From Malacoraja senta (Eukaryota): DNA of 64,000 nucleotides. Made by a program: the position numbers and the translations under genes. The notes below the pieces were generated by a model. That model did no database searches and was not told the origin of the DNA. It was given only the letters and a program-made list of their open reading frames with translations. This document shows, piece after piece, positions 50,801-64,000 of this stretch. Position 1 is the stretch's first letter, and every line of letters begins with the position of its first letter. Where the stretch lies: NCBI GenBank assembly GCA_038087875.1, contig JAXLNO010000073.1, positions 682,001 through 746,000 on the forward strand, read 5' to 3'.

Positions 50801-53334
50801 CTGCTGAGGTTACTCTGGAAGCTGCCTCTGGACAGCACTGTGAATGGTCCACCCTCTGGGGTCGACAAGGCACACACAAGCGGGGGTGGGGGTCGTTTTG
50901 TGATGTCTATGGGTGGGTGGGAGGGAGGGAGGTCAGTGTGGGGGGGAGGGGGGTCCATGTTCTCTACGGACTCTGGAGAGGGAGGAAGGGGGGAGACTGA
51001 GGCCGTGCCCTTAACCTATGTGTAGGAAAGAACTGCAGATGCTGGTTTAAATCGAAGGGAGACACAAAGTGCTGGAGTAACTCAGCGGGACAGGCAGCAT
51101 CTCTGGAGAGAAGGAATTGGTGATGTTTCAGGTCGAGACCCTTCTTCAGACTAATCCCTTAGCCACACACACTGAATCTGGGCTTGTTCCCCTCACTCCC
51201 TCTCTGGCCAGCTGCTGGCCAGAGATGGGGTCCCTGCCGTCTCAGATAAAACCAGGACCATCCGTGCCGCGCTGTGCCAAGCTGTGCCAGGTCCAGTGCC
51301 GTCTTTTATTTGGTTAATCAAAGTTACATGAGGTATATGATGAGCTATCTCCCTACCACCGGCGTGGTCTCTCTCGGCTAACGGGGTTGTTTAAAGCTCT
51401 TTGTCTACACCATTATAATTACTATTATTATTTTTTAAAAGGAGGGGGGAGGGGGGAGGGGGGGGGAAACGGGACTAGTCCAAGCTCAGCACTGGGTCAG
51501 ATCTACTGACCCTGGAGGGAGATTCTTCAAAGGAGGGGTAAAAATCCCTGTAGCCCACCCTCTCCTCCCTTCTCCTCCTCTCTTCCCCTCCCCTCTCCCT
51601 TCCTCTCCTCTCTTTCCCTCCTCTCCTCTCTTTGTATCCCCTCTCCCCTCCTTTCCTCTCCTCTCTTCCCCTCCCCTATCCTATCCTCTCCTCTCCTCTC
51701 CTCCCCACCTCCTCTTCCACCACATCCCGGACGGGGTTAAATCTCCCGTACTGATCTTAAGGGCGACCAGGGTGTGAGGAACACGTTTCCAGTGAACTGC
51801 AGCCTGGCCCCTGTTAATCGAGCAGCTCAAAAGGACGGGTTATTGTAGCTTTACGCTGGCTCGTAACAACAGAGGGCCAGGGATCGGCAGCTCTCTGGCG
51901 CAGTGGCTGAGGGCCACTGCATGGGGCTGTGTGTGTGTGGGAGCTTGCTGGGTCAAGTCCCAGTGCTGAGCGAGGGAGGGAGGAAGGGAGGGGGGAGGGA
52001 GGGAGGGAGGTGCTTTTTATTTGCTATTCCTGTGCATTTAGACTAGCAGCCGGTTACTGTGGAGATAGGTGAATTTTTGGTCTAAAGTCAAGTTTTTGTT
52101 TTTTTTATACATATGCAATAAAAGCAGAACATAGATTTCTTCTATAAAAACTATTTCGCTACACAGATACATTCCATCTAAAGTAGGTGAGGGTTAGTTC
52201 AAGTCCGGGTGTAAAGGGGGAAGAGGAGGGGGGGTTTTAGATGGGAGGGGGAGCAGTGAGGAGGGACTGCACTGTACTCTCTCTGTTGTCCTACGCACAC
52301 GCGTGTACACACACGTGCACACATGTGCACAATCACGCTCATACACGCCTGTTCACGTGTGGCGTCACGTTTGGTACGGGCAGTTGCACACACGGCAGGC
52401 CCACACACATGCGCTTGTGCACACAGGTGTACACACTCACAGTCCGTACAGGTGTACACACAGGCCCAAAGCCCAGGGTACTGGTCCACACACACTCACA
52501 CTGGCTCCCACACATACCAGTGCACACACCAGTGCTCACACTAGTCTACACACTGGCTCACACCAGTATATGCACTGTTCTACACACTGGCTCACATGCC
52601 AGTGTACACACTGGCTCACTAGTGTACGTACATATACACACTGGCACACTAATGTGTGTTCTGGTTGGTACAGTAGTGTCTGCACTAGCCCACTCACACC
52701 AACATACAAGTATGTTCACACAGGGGTGCACCTGCACTCACTAGTTTACATATTTGTTCGCACACTGCAGTGCACACCTGTACACACCTGGGCTCACTCA
52801 CACACACACACACGCTACAGTACACGCCTGGGCTCACAAAGTAGGGTGCACACTTGTACACACCTGTGCACACCTGGGATCACTCACCATCGTGCATGCC
52901 CGGGCTCACGCTCGACAGCACACACCTGCACACACACCTTGCCTCACACTCAACCCGCACACGCTCGTACACACCTGTGCACCACACCTGGGCTCTCTCG
53001 CACGACGGCGTACACACCCGCGGTTCACAGTCTCGAGTTCAACACATGGAAGCTTGAAGTGGACAGGTAAGCTGAGGTCAGTGTTAGGGAGGGGGATGGG
53101 GTGGGGAGGGGGAGGGAGGGAGAGAGGAAGCAGACAGTTCCCCAAACACCACTCCCCTAAACAACAATGCCCTTCATCCCTCCCTCCTGGCCCTGTCAGT
53201 CTCACCCCCTCCCCCCTGAAAATGCGTCCCATTCCCCCGTATCAAAGTTACTTTGGTTAGTTTTCTCGCACTCATTCACTTAGTTTGTCTCAATATAATC
53301 CACCGTGGCTGGCCAGCGCTTGTGGAGGTGAGAC

Positions 53335-53830
53335 GGGAAGGGGAGGAGAGGAGAGGAGAGGTGAGAGGAGAGGAGGGGAGAAGAGGAAAGGGGAGAGTAG
53401 GGGAGAGGGGAGGGGAGAAGAGGAGAGGAGGGGAAAGGAGCGGAGGAGAGGGGAGAGGAGGGGAAAAGAGAGGAGAGGGGAGAAGAGGAGAGAAGAGCGG
53501 AGAGGAGAGGGGCTGAATGTAGGGGAGAAGAGAGCAGAGGGGAGGGGAGAAGAGCGGAGAGGAGAGGAGAGGAGGGGAGAAGAGGAGAGAGGAGAGGAGA
53601 GAAGGAGGGGAGAGGAGGGGAGAAGAGGATCAGGGAGGGGGAGGGGAGAAGAGAGGGGAAAGGAGGGGAGAAGAGTAGAGGAGGGGGAAAGAGAGGAGAG
53701 GGGAGAAGGAGAGAAGAGCGGAGAGGAGAGGAGCGGAAAGTAGGGAAGAAGAGGAGAGGAGAGTAGAGGGGAGGGGAGGGGAGGAGAGGAGAGGAAAGGA
53801 GAGGAGGGGACAGGAGAGGAGAGGAGAAAG
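53335..53830. repeat. Polypurine (GGAGA)n tract
   Basis: Almost pure A/G over ~500 bp. Confidence 0.9.
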
Positions 53831-54681
53831 TTTTCACCACAACAAGCCCCGACCATGAGGTATATTGGAGGGGAGACAGAGAGGTCTGTAATCATTTCCT
53901 CATTCTCTCCCCCCTTCCCCTTCCCTTCCCACTTGTCTAATTTAAACCCAGTGTATTTTTCCCATCTCGAAATGCCGGAGGAAGGTTTTAAGAAGGGGTT
54001 TCCCTTTTACCGTCATGCGCGTGTGTGTGTGTGTTTGAGTGTGTGGGTGCGAGTGCGTGTGCATGTGCGTTTGAGTGTGCGTGTTTGAGTGTGTGCGTGT
54101 TTGAGTGTGTGCGTGTGTGTATGTGTGTGCGTGTGTGTCTGTGTTTGGGCGCGTGTGTGTGTGCATGTGCGTGTTTGCATGTGTTTTTTTTGGTTTGAGT
54201 GATTGAACTTGAAAGTTCAGGCACTGGATAGCTGAGTAGAGGCGACGGATTTGGTTGTATCTCGGTTTAAAATAAAATTCCCAGCAGTAAATAAATACGC
54301 GAGACCCTTCTTCCGCTCCTCCTCCCTCTTCCCCCCTTCCTCCCCCACCCCCACCCCCCCCATCTCCGCTGGTTAACGATCAGAAAAAAATCAACGCCAC
54401 AAATTATATGTTAAAACATATCCACCACCCTTTGAATCCCCCAGAGAGACGGTGAACAAAAAGGGGGGTTTCAGAGTAAAGGGGGGTTCTTCCGGAGGTG
54501 GGGTGGGAGAGGGGGGAGTTGTGCATCAGGGTGGAGGGAGTTGAGGGGGACGATAGGGGGATGGGTTCAGCCTCTCTGGGCACCTCCCTTCTTCTTGCTC
54601 CGGCGAAAGCTGGCGGTGTCGGGGGGGAGAGAGGAGCCGGGTTTTCTTTTTGGCGGGCAGCTGACGAGGAAAACGGCCCGG

Positions 54682-54936
54682 TCACTCGTAGCCGGTCCCG
54701 GTGGAGAGGCGGGGATCGGCGGTGTCCCCGGAGTTCCCGGCGGCGTTCCCAGTGGTCCCGGCTCCGGCCTTGGCGTGCCGGGAGGGGAGGCCGAGGGCGG
54801 CGGAGGTGCCCCGCCATCAGCGACAGGCCGGGGCGGCTGAGGAAGAGGCTGGGGTTGGTGGTGCTGCAGGCACCGGTCGACAGCACCAGGCTACCGTCCA
54901 GGCCCACCGTCGACACAGGCCCAACGCCGGCCAGAG
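54682..54936 (-). CDS. pou2f2: Last coding exon of a POU class 2 (Oct-2-like) transcription factor; apparent +1 frameshift at 54809-54812 (uncorrected frame stops at 54404)
   Basis: Minus-strand acceptor cccttgtgttgcAG|CTCTGGCC, phase 1. (A)LAGVGPVSTVGLDGSLVLSTG...PSLFLSRPGLSLM resembles the recalled POU2F2/POU2F1 terminal-exon motif ALASGG.LP.TSLD..GNLV....PLFLN...L.LL. Paralog identity (POU2F2 vs POU2F1) is inferred, not searched. Confidence 0.65.
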
Positions 54937-54964
54937 CTGCAACACAAGGGGGGGGGGGGGGGGG

Positions 54965-57900
54965 GAGACAGTGAGAGACAGGCGGTGGGAACACCATAGA
55001 GTGCAGCGTGAGAGACAAGCGGTGGGAACACTGTACAGAGTACAGAGTGAGAGTACAGGCGATGGGAACACTACAGAGTGAGAGACAGGCAGTGGAGAAC
55101 ACGGGAGCACAGTGAACAGAGTGAGAGACAGGAGGGTGGGAGGACATCGTGATGTACAGGCAGTGGGAGCACAGTACACCATGTACAGTACAGGCGGTGG
55201 GAACAAAGTACACCATGTACAGTACAGGCAGTGGGAACGCGGTACACCATGTACAGTACAGGCGGTGGTAATCGTGGTGAGGGAAAGATGGTGGGAACAC
55301 CGTGTGGAGTACAGCGTGAGGTACAGACGGTGGGAACATAGAGTGAGAACGCAGTGCAGAGTTTGAACAGGCATTGGGAATACTGAAAAGCAGTGACGGA
55401 CAGGCGTTGGGATCGCGGGACACCATGTACAGTACAGAGTGAGGTACAGGCGGTGGGATCACGAGACACCATGTACAGTACAGAGTGAGATACAGGCAGT
55501 GGGAACGCTGTACACCGTGTACAGTACAGGTGATCGAAACAGAGTGAGGGGCAAGCGGTGGGAACACTACACCGTGTACAGTACAGCGTGAGGTACAGGC
55601 GGTGGAATCGCGGGAACACAGAGTGAGGCATACAGCGTAAGAGACAGGCAGTGGGAACGCTGTACACCGTGTACAGTACACCATGAGGAACAGGCGGTGG
55701 CGATCGGCATGCAGCGTGAGGGACGGGCAGTGAGATCGTGGTGCACAGCGTGAGAGACAGGCGGTGCTGATCGCGGTACACACAGTGAGAACACACAGTG
55801 AGAGCACAGCACACACACACAGAGCAGTGACACACACACACTGAGCACACAGTGACACACACACAGAGCACACAGTGACACACACACACAGAGCACACAT
55901 ACACAGAGCACACAGTGACAGACACATATACACAGACCACACACAGAACACACACACAGCACACACACAGAGCACACAGTGACACACACAGAGCACACAG
56001 CGACACACACACAGAGCACACACAGCGACACTCACAGAGCACACAGTGAAACACACAGACCACACACACACACAGAGCACACAGTGACACACACATAGAC
56101 CACACAGTGACACACACACACACACAGACCACAGTGACACATAGATCACACAGTGACACAGACACACACACAGACCACACAGTGACACACACACCACACA
56201 CACACAGAGCACACACACACACAGACCACACACACACATACCACACAGAGCACACACACACAGACCTCACACACACAGACCAGACACACACAGAGCACAG
56301 TGACACATACACACAGCGCACACACAAATACCACACACACACACACAGAGCACACACACATGTGCACACACACAGACCACGCACACACACAGAGCACACA
56401 CATACACAGAGCACACACAGACCACACACACACACACAGACCACACACAACACACACACACAAAGCACACACACACACAGAGCACACACACAGAGCAGTC
56501 ACACATACACACACAGCACAGTGACACATCACAGTGACATGCACACTCACAGCATAGTGACACACACACTCACTGCACAGTGACACACACACACATACAC
56601 AGTGACAGACAAACACACACACACAGAGCACACAGTGACACACACTGGCACAAGCACAAACACACACACACACACACACACACACAGTGACAGACACACA
56701 CACACACAGCACAGAGGGCACATACACCAGACCACATCGTGACACAGAGCACACAGTGACACACATACAGTGACACACACATGCACACACAAAGCATGGT
56801 GACACACACAGTGACAGACAGACACACACACAGTGACACAAACACACAGAGTACACACTCGGCACACGCAGACAGTGACACATACAGCACGCAGTGACAC
56901 ACACATTAAACACAGTGGCACAAGTACGGACACAGTGGCACACGCACACACACACACACACAGTGGCGCACACACACACAGTGGTATACACCCAGTGGCA
57001 CACACAGACACACACTGTGGCACACACACACACTGGCACACACACACACAGTGGCACACACACACAGTGGCACACACACATAGTGGCACACACGCACACA
57101 CACAGTGGCACACACACACAGTGGCACACACACACATACACACATTGGCACACACACACACACAGTGGCACACACACATACACAGTGTCTCACACACACA
57201 CACAGTGACACACACACACAGTGGCACACACACACACAGTGGCACACACACACAGTGGCACACACACACACACAGTGACACACACAGTGGCATGCACACA
57301 CACACAGTGGCACACACACACAGTGGCACACACACACAGTGGCACATACATACACAGTGGCACATACACAGAAGCACACACACACAGTGGCACACACACA
57401 AACAGTGGCACACACACACTCACACAGTGGCACACACACACACTCACACACATACACACACAGTGGCGCCCACACACACACACAGTGGCACACACACACA
57501 CAGTGGCACACAAACATAGTGGCACACACACACGTAGTGGCACACACACACAGTGATACACACACACACAGTGACACACACACACAGTGGCACACACACA
57601 GAGTGGCATACACACACACAGTGGCATGCACATGCACACACACAGTGGCATGCACACACACTGGCACACACACACAGTGGCAAACAAACAGTGGCACACA
57701 CACACACACACACTCACACACATAGTGACACACACACACACAGTGACACAAACACACAGTGACACACAGACACAGTGACACAGACACAGTGACACACACA
57801 CAGTGGCACACACACACATAGTGGCACACACAGTGGCACACACACACACATACACAGTGACATACACAGCGGCACGCACACTCACAGTGGCACACACACA

Positions 57901-60900
57901 CACACAGTGGCGCACACACACACACAGTGGCACACACACTCACAGTGGCACGCACACACACACACACACTGGTGCACACACACACAGTGGCATGCACACC
58001 CACAGAAACACACAGTGGCACACATACACACACACAGTGGCACACACACACACATAGTGGCACACACACACAGAGTGACACACACACACAGTGGCACACA
58101 CACACACAGTGCCACGCACACACAAACAGTGGCACACACAAATACACAGTGGCACACACACACAGTGGCACACACACAGTGGCACACACACACGCAGTGG
58201 CATGCACACACACACACAGTGGCACACGCACACACATAGTGACACACACACAGTGGCACACAGACACACTCACACACACACATAGTGACACACACACACA
58301 GTGACACACAGACACAGTGACACACACACATACACACACCGTGGCATACACACACACATACCGTGGCACACACACTCACACACACACACATAGTGACACA
58401 GACAGTGACACGCACACACTGTGGCACACACAGTGGCATGCACACGCACACAGTGGCACACACACACAGTGGCACACACACACACAGACACAGTGCAACA
58501 CACACACAGTGGCACACACACACAGTGGCACACACACACATGGGCACACACACACAGTGGCACACACGCACATACACAGTGGCACACACAAACACACACA
58601 GTGGCACACACACACAATGGCACACACACACACACAGTGGCGCACACACACACAGTGGCACACACACACTCAGAGGCACACACACACATACACAGTGGCA
58701 CACACAAACATACACAGTGGCACGCACAAACATACACAGTGGCACACACACACAAACACAGTGGCACACCACACACACACAGTGACACACAGACACACAC
58801 ACACAGACACACTCACACAGTGGCACGCACACACACAGTGGCACACACACACATAGTGGCACACACGCACACAGTGACACACACGCAGTGGCATACACAC
58901 ACAGTGCCACACAGACACAGTGACACACACACAGTGCCACACAGAAACAGTGACACACACACAGTGCCACGCATACACAATCAGTGGCACACACACACGG
59001 TGACACACACAAACATACTGTGGCACACACACACACAGTGGCACACACACACAGTGGCACACACACACACGCAGTGGCACGCACACACACAGATATAGTG
59101 ACACACACACAGTGGCACACAGACACAGTGACACACACACAGTGCCACACAGACACAGTGACACACACACAGTGCCACGCATACACAAACAGTGGCACAC
59201 ACACACAGTGACACACACAAACATACTGTGGCACACACACACACAGTGGCACACACACACAGTGGCACACACATACACGCAGTGGCACGCACACACACAG
59301 ACATAGTGACACACACACAGTGGCACATAGACACACTCACACACACATAGTGACACACACACACACACACAGTGACACACACACACACACAGTGACACAC
59401 AGACACAGTGACACACACACACACACACACAGTGGCACACACACACAGTGGCGTACACACATAGTGACACAGACACAGTGACACGCACACACTGTGGCAC
59501 ACACGCAAACAGTGGCACACACTCACAGTGGCACACACACACAGTGGCGCACACACATAGTCACACAGACACAGTGACACGCACACTGTGGCACACACGC
59601 AAACAGTGGCACACACTCACAGTGGCACACACACACACAGTGGCACACACACACAGTGGCACACACAAACACAGTGGCACACACACACAGTGACATACAG
59701 ACACAATGCAACACACACAGTGGCACACACACGCACACAAACACACACAGTGGCACACGCACACGCACACAAACACACACAGTGGCAGACACATATACAC
59801 AGTGGCACACACGCACACACATACACAGTGGCACACACACACACAGTGGCACACACATACACACAGTGGCACACACACATGCACAGTGGCACACACACAC
59901 ACAGCCGCACACACACACACACCGTGGCACACACAAACACACAGTGGCACACCACTCACATACACAGTGGCGCGCACACACACACACACACACAGTGACA
60001 CACACACACACAGTGGCACGCACACACACACAGTGGCACACCCACACACAGTGGCACACACACACAGTGGCACACACACACACACAGTGGCGCACACATA
60101 CACTCACACAGTGGCACACAGTGGCACACACACACACACACACACACAGTGGCACACACACACACCCACAGTGGCACACATACACACACACAGTGGCGTA
60201 CACAAACACGCACAGTGGCACACACACACACACACACAGTGGCTCACACACACAGTGGCGCACACACACACACAGTGTCACACATACACAGTGGCACACA
60301 CACACACAGTGGCACACACGTACACACAGTGGCGCACGCACAGTAGCACACACGCAAAAACACAGTGGCACACACACACAGACATAGTGACACACACACA
60401 GTGGCACACAGACACACTCACACACACATAGTGACACACACACACACACAGTGACACACACACACACACAGTGACACACAGACCCAGTGACACACACACA
60501 TACACATACACACAGTGGCACACACACACATAGTGGCGCACACACATAGTGACACAGACACAGTGACACGCACACACTGTGGCACACACGCAAACAGTGG
60601 CACACACTCACAGTGGCACACACACACACAGTGGCACACACACACAGTGGCACACACAAACACAGTGGCACACACACACCGCGACACACACACAGTGACA
60701 TACAGACACAATGCAACACACACAGTGGCACACACACGCGCACACAAACACACACAGTGGCACACACACACGCACACAAACACACACAGTGGCAGACACA
60801 CACAGTGCACACACACACACACACACACACATTGGCACACACAAACACACAGTGGCACACACTCACATACACAGTGGCGCGCACACACACACACCACAGT

Positions 60901-62695
60901 GACACACACATACACACACAGTGGCACACACCGCACACACATACACAGTGGCACACACACACACAGTGGCACACGCACACACATTGGCACACACAAACAC
61001 ACAGTGGCACACACTCACATACACAGTGGCGCGCACACACACACACAGTGACACACACACACACACACAGTGGCACACACACACCGGTGGCACACATACA
61101 CACACACAGTGGCGCACACATACACTCACACACAGTGGCACACACATACACAGTGGCACACACACAGTGGCACACATACACACACACACACACAGGGGCA
61201 CACACACACACAGTGGCGTACATACACACACACACAGTGGCGTACACAAACACGCACAGTGGCACACACACACACACAGTGGCACACACACACAGTGGCG
61301 CGCACACACACACAGTGTCACACATACACAGTGGCACACACACACAGTGGCACACACGTACACACAAGTGGCGCACACACAGTGGCACACACGCAAAAAC
61401 ACAGTGACACACACTCACTCACACATAGTGGCTCACACACACACAGTGGCATGCACACCACAAACACAGTGGCACACAAACACACAGTGGCACACACACA
61501 CAGTGGCACACATACCCATACACAGTGGCGCACACACAAACAGTGGCACACACACAGTGGCACACACACAGTGACACACACAAACACACAGTGGCACACA
61601 CACATAGTGGCACACACACAGACACACACAAACACACAGTGGCACACACATACACACACACTGGCAAACACACACGCAGTGGCACACACACACACTCACA
61701 CACACATACACAGTGACACACACGCAGTGACACACACACACACACACAGTGACACACACACACAGTAACACACAGACAGTGACACACACACACAGTGACA
61801 CAGACACAGTGACACACACATACACTCACACAGTGCACACACACACACACACACACACAGTGGCACACACACACAGTGGCACACAGACACATTCACACAC
61901 ACACACAGTGACACACAGACACAGACACACACACACACATGCTCACACACACTGGCACACACACAGTGGCACGCACATGCACAGTGGCACGCACACACAG
62001 TGGCACACACACACAGTGGCATACACACACAGTGCACACACACACACGGTGGCACACACACAGTGACACGCACACACACAAACACACACAGTGGCACACA
62101 CACACACACACTGGCACACACACACACACACAGTGGCATGCACACACAACACACCAACACACACACACACACACACAATGGCACACACACGCTCACACAC
62201 ATAGTGACACACACACACACAGTGTCACACACACACACAGCGACACACACACACTGACACACACACGCAGTGACACACACAGTGGCACACACACACAGTG
62301 CCACACACTCACACACACACATAGTGAACACACACACACAGTGACACACACACACAGTGACACACACACACAGTGGCACACACACAGTGGCACATATATA
62401 CACACACACACACACACAGTGGCACACAAACACACACACAGTGGCACACACCACACCACAGTGGCACACACACACACAGTGACACACACAAAAACAGTGG
62501 CACACACACAGTGGCACACACAGTGGCACACATACACACACAGAGGCACACACACAGTGGCACTCACACACACACATAGTGGCACACATAGTGGCACACA
62601 CACACACAGTGGCACACACACACAGAGGCACACACACACATACACAGTGGCACACACACACAGTGCACACACACACATACACAGTGGCACACACA
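54965..62695. repeat. Intronic satellite block: an ACAGGCGGTGGGAAC-type minisatellite (~54965-55790) grading into (CACAGTGG(CA)n) satellite
   Basis: Direct reading; accounts for the many C/V- and H/T-rich ORFs in the track. Confidence 0.95.
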
Positions 62696-64000
62696 TAGAT
62701 ACATAGATACATAGAAATTAGGTGCAGGAGTAGGCCATTCGGCCCTTCGTGCCTGCACCGCCATTCAATATGATCATGGCTGATCATCCAACTCAGTATC
62801 CCGTACCTGCCTTCTCTCCATACCCCCTGATCCCTTTAGCCACAAGGGCCACATCTAACTCCCTCTTAAATATAGCCAATGAACTGGCCTCAACTACCCT
62901 CTTTGGCAGAGAGTTCCAGAGATTCACCATTCTCTGTGTGAAAAAGTTTTTCCTCATCTCGGTCTTAAAGGATTTCCCCCTTATCCTTAAGCTGTGACCC
63001 CTTGTCCTGGACTTCCCCAACATCGGGAACAATCTTCCCGCATCTAGCCTGTCCAACCCCATAAGAATTTTGTACGTCTCTATAAGATCCCCTCTCAATC
63101 TCCTAAATTCTAGCGAGTATAAGCCAAGTCTATGCAGTCTTTCTTCATATGAAAGTCCTGACATCCCAGGAATCAGTCTGGTGAACCTTCTCTGCACTCC
63201 CTCTATGGCTATAATGTCCTTCCTCAGATTTGGAGACCAAAACTGTACGCAATACTCCAGGTGTGGTCTCACCAAGACCCTGTACAACTGCAGTAGAACC
63301 TCCCTACCCCTATACTCAAATCCTCTTGCGATGAAGGCCAAAATACCATTTGCTTTCTTCACTGCCTGCTGCACCTGCATGCCTACTTTCAATGACTGGT
63401 GTACCATGACACCCAGGTCTCGCTGCATCTCCCCATTTCCTAATCGGCCACCATTTAGATAATAGTCTGCCTTCCCGTTTTTACCACCAAAGTGGATAAC
63501 CTCACATTTATCCACATTATACTGCATCTGCCAAACATTTGCCCACTCACCCAGCCTATCCGAGTCACCTTGCAGTCTCCTAGCATCCTCCTCACAGCTA
63601 ACACTGCCCGCCAGCTTAGTGTCATCCGCAAACTTGGAGATGTTGCTTTCAATTCCCTCGTCCAGATCATTAATATAAATTGTAAATAGCTGGGGTCCCA
63701 GCACTGAGCCTTGCGGTACCCCACGTCACTGCCTGCCATTGTGAAAAGGACCCGTTTACTCCTACTCTTTGCTTCCTGTTTACCAGCCAGTTCTCTATCC
63801 ACATCAATACTGAACCCCCAATACCGTGTGATTTAAGTTTGTATCCTAATCTCTTATGTGGTACCTTGTCGAAAGCCTTCTGAAAGTCCAGATACAACAC
63901 ATCCACTGGTTCTCCCCTATCCACTCTACTAGTTACATCCTCGAAAAATTCTATAAGATTCGTCAGACATGATTTACCTTTCGTAAATCCATGCTGACTT
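62695..64000 (-). mobile_element. CR1 LINE ORF2 (RT to 3' end), truncated by the window edge
   Basis: 303-aa ORF 62793-63704 (KFADDTKL...GEKAGTGY*), YLDFQKAFDKVPH and a (ACATAGAT)n tail. Confidence 0.95.

Noticed and set aside
55071..62787. Many long Cys/Val- or His/Thr-rich ORFs
   Set aside because: Stop-poor CA/TG satellite open in all frames.

Overview
Eukaryotic (vertebrate) genomic DNA, very probably from a cartilaginous fish (skate/ray). This is inferred from the repeat content: CR1 LINEs, V-SINE/HE1-like tRNA SINEs, Penelope-like fragments, Rex1/Babar, Tx1/L1 and Gypsy. Most ORFs in the track are artefacts of repeats. Two partial spliced genes can be reconstructed by hand. (1) On the + strand is the 3' part of a Siglec/CD22/MAG-like immunoglobulin-superfamily receptor. 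It has three near-identical 282-nt phase-1/phase-1 Ig exons (3733-4014, 9945-10226, 15998-16279), each in one copy of a ~6.1-kb tandem duplication unit, and each unit also carries a minisatellite-rich non-autonomous Helitron. These are followed by a transmembrane exon (18192-18288, with an unpaired Cys and an intramembrane Glu), a cytoplasmic exon (19328-19409) and a terminal exon with two ITIM/ITIM-like motifs (20235-20417). The TM exon begins with a recursive-splice-like AG|GTAAGA, and skipping it creates a stop codon exactly at the junction. (2) On the - strand is the last coding exon of a POU2F2 (Oct-2)-like gene (from 54936 downward), with an apparent 1-nt frameshift. Its upstream intron holds a ~7-kb CACAGTG/CA satellite. 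A 200-N gap lies at 28572-28771, next to a 2.2-kb near-identical duplication that may be an assembly artefact. No prokaryotic systems, CRISPR arrays, rRNA or bona fide tRNA genes were seen.
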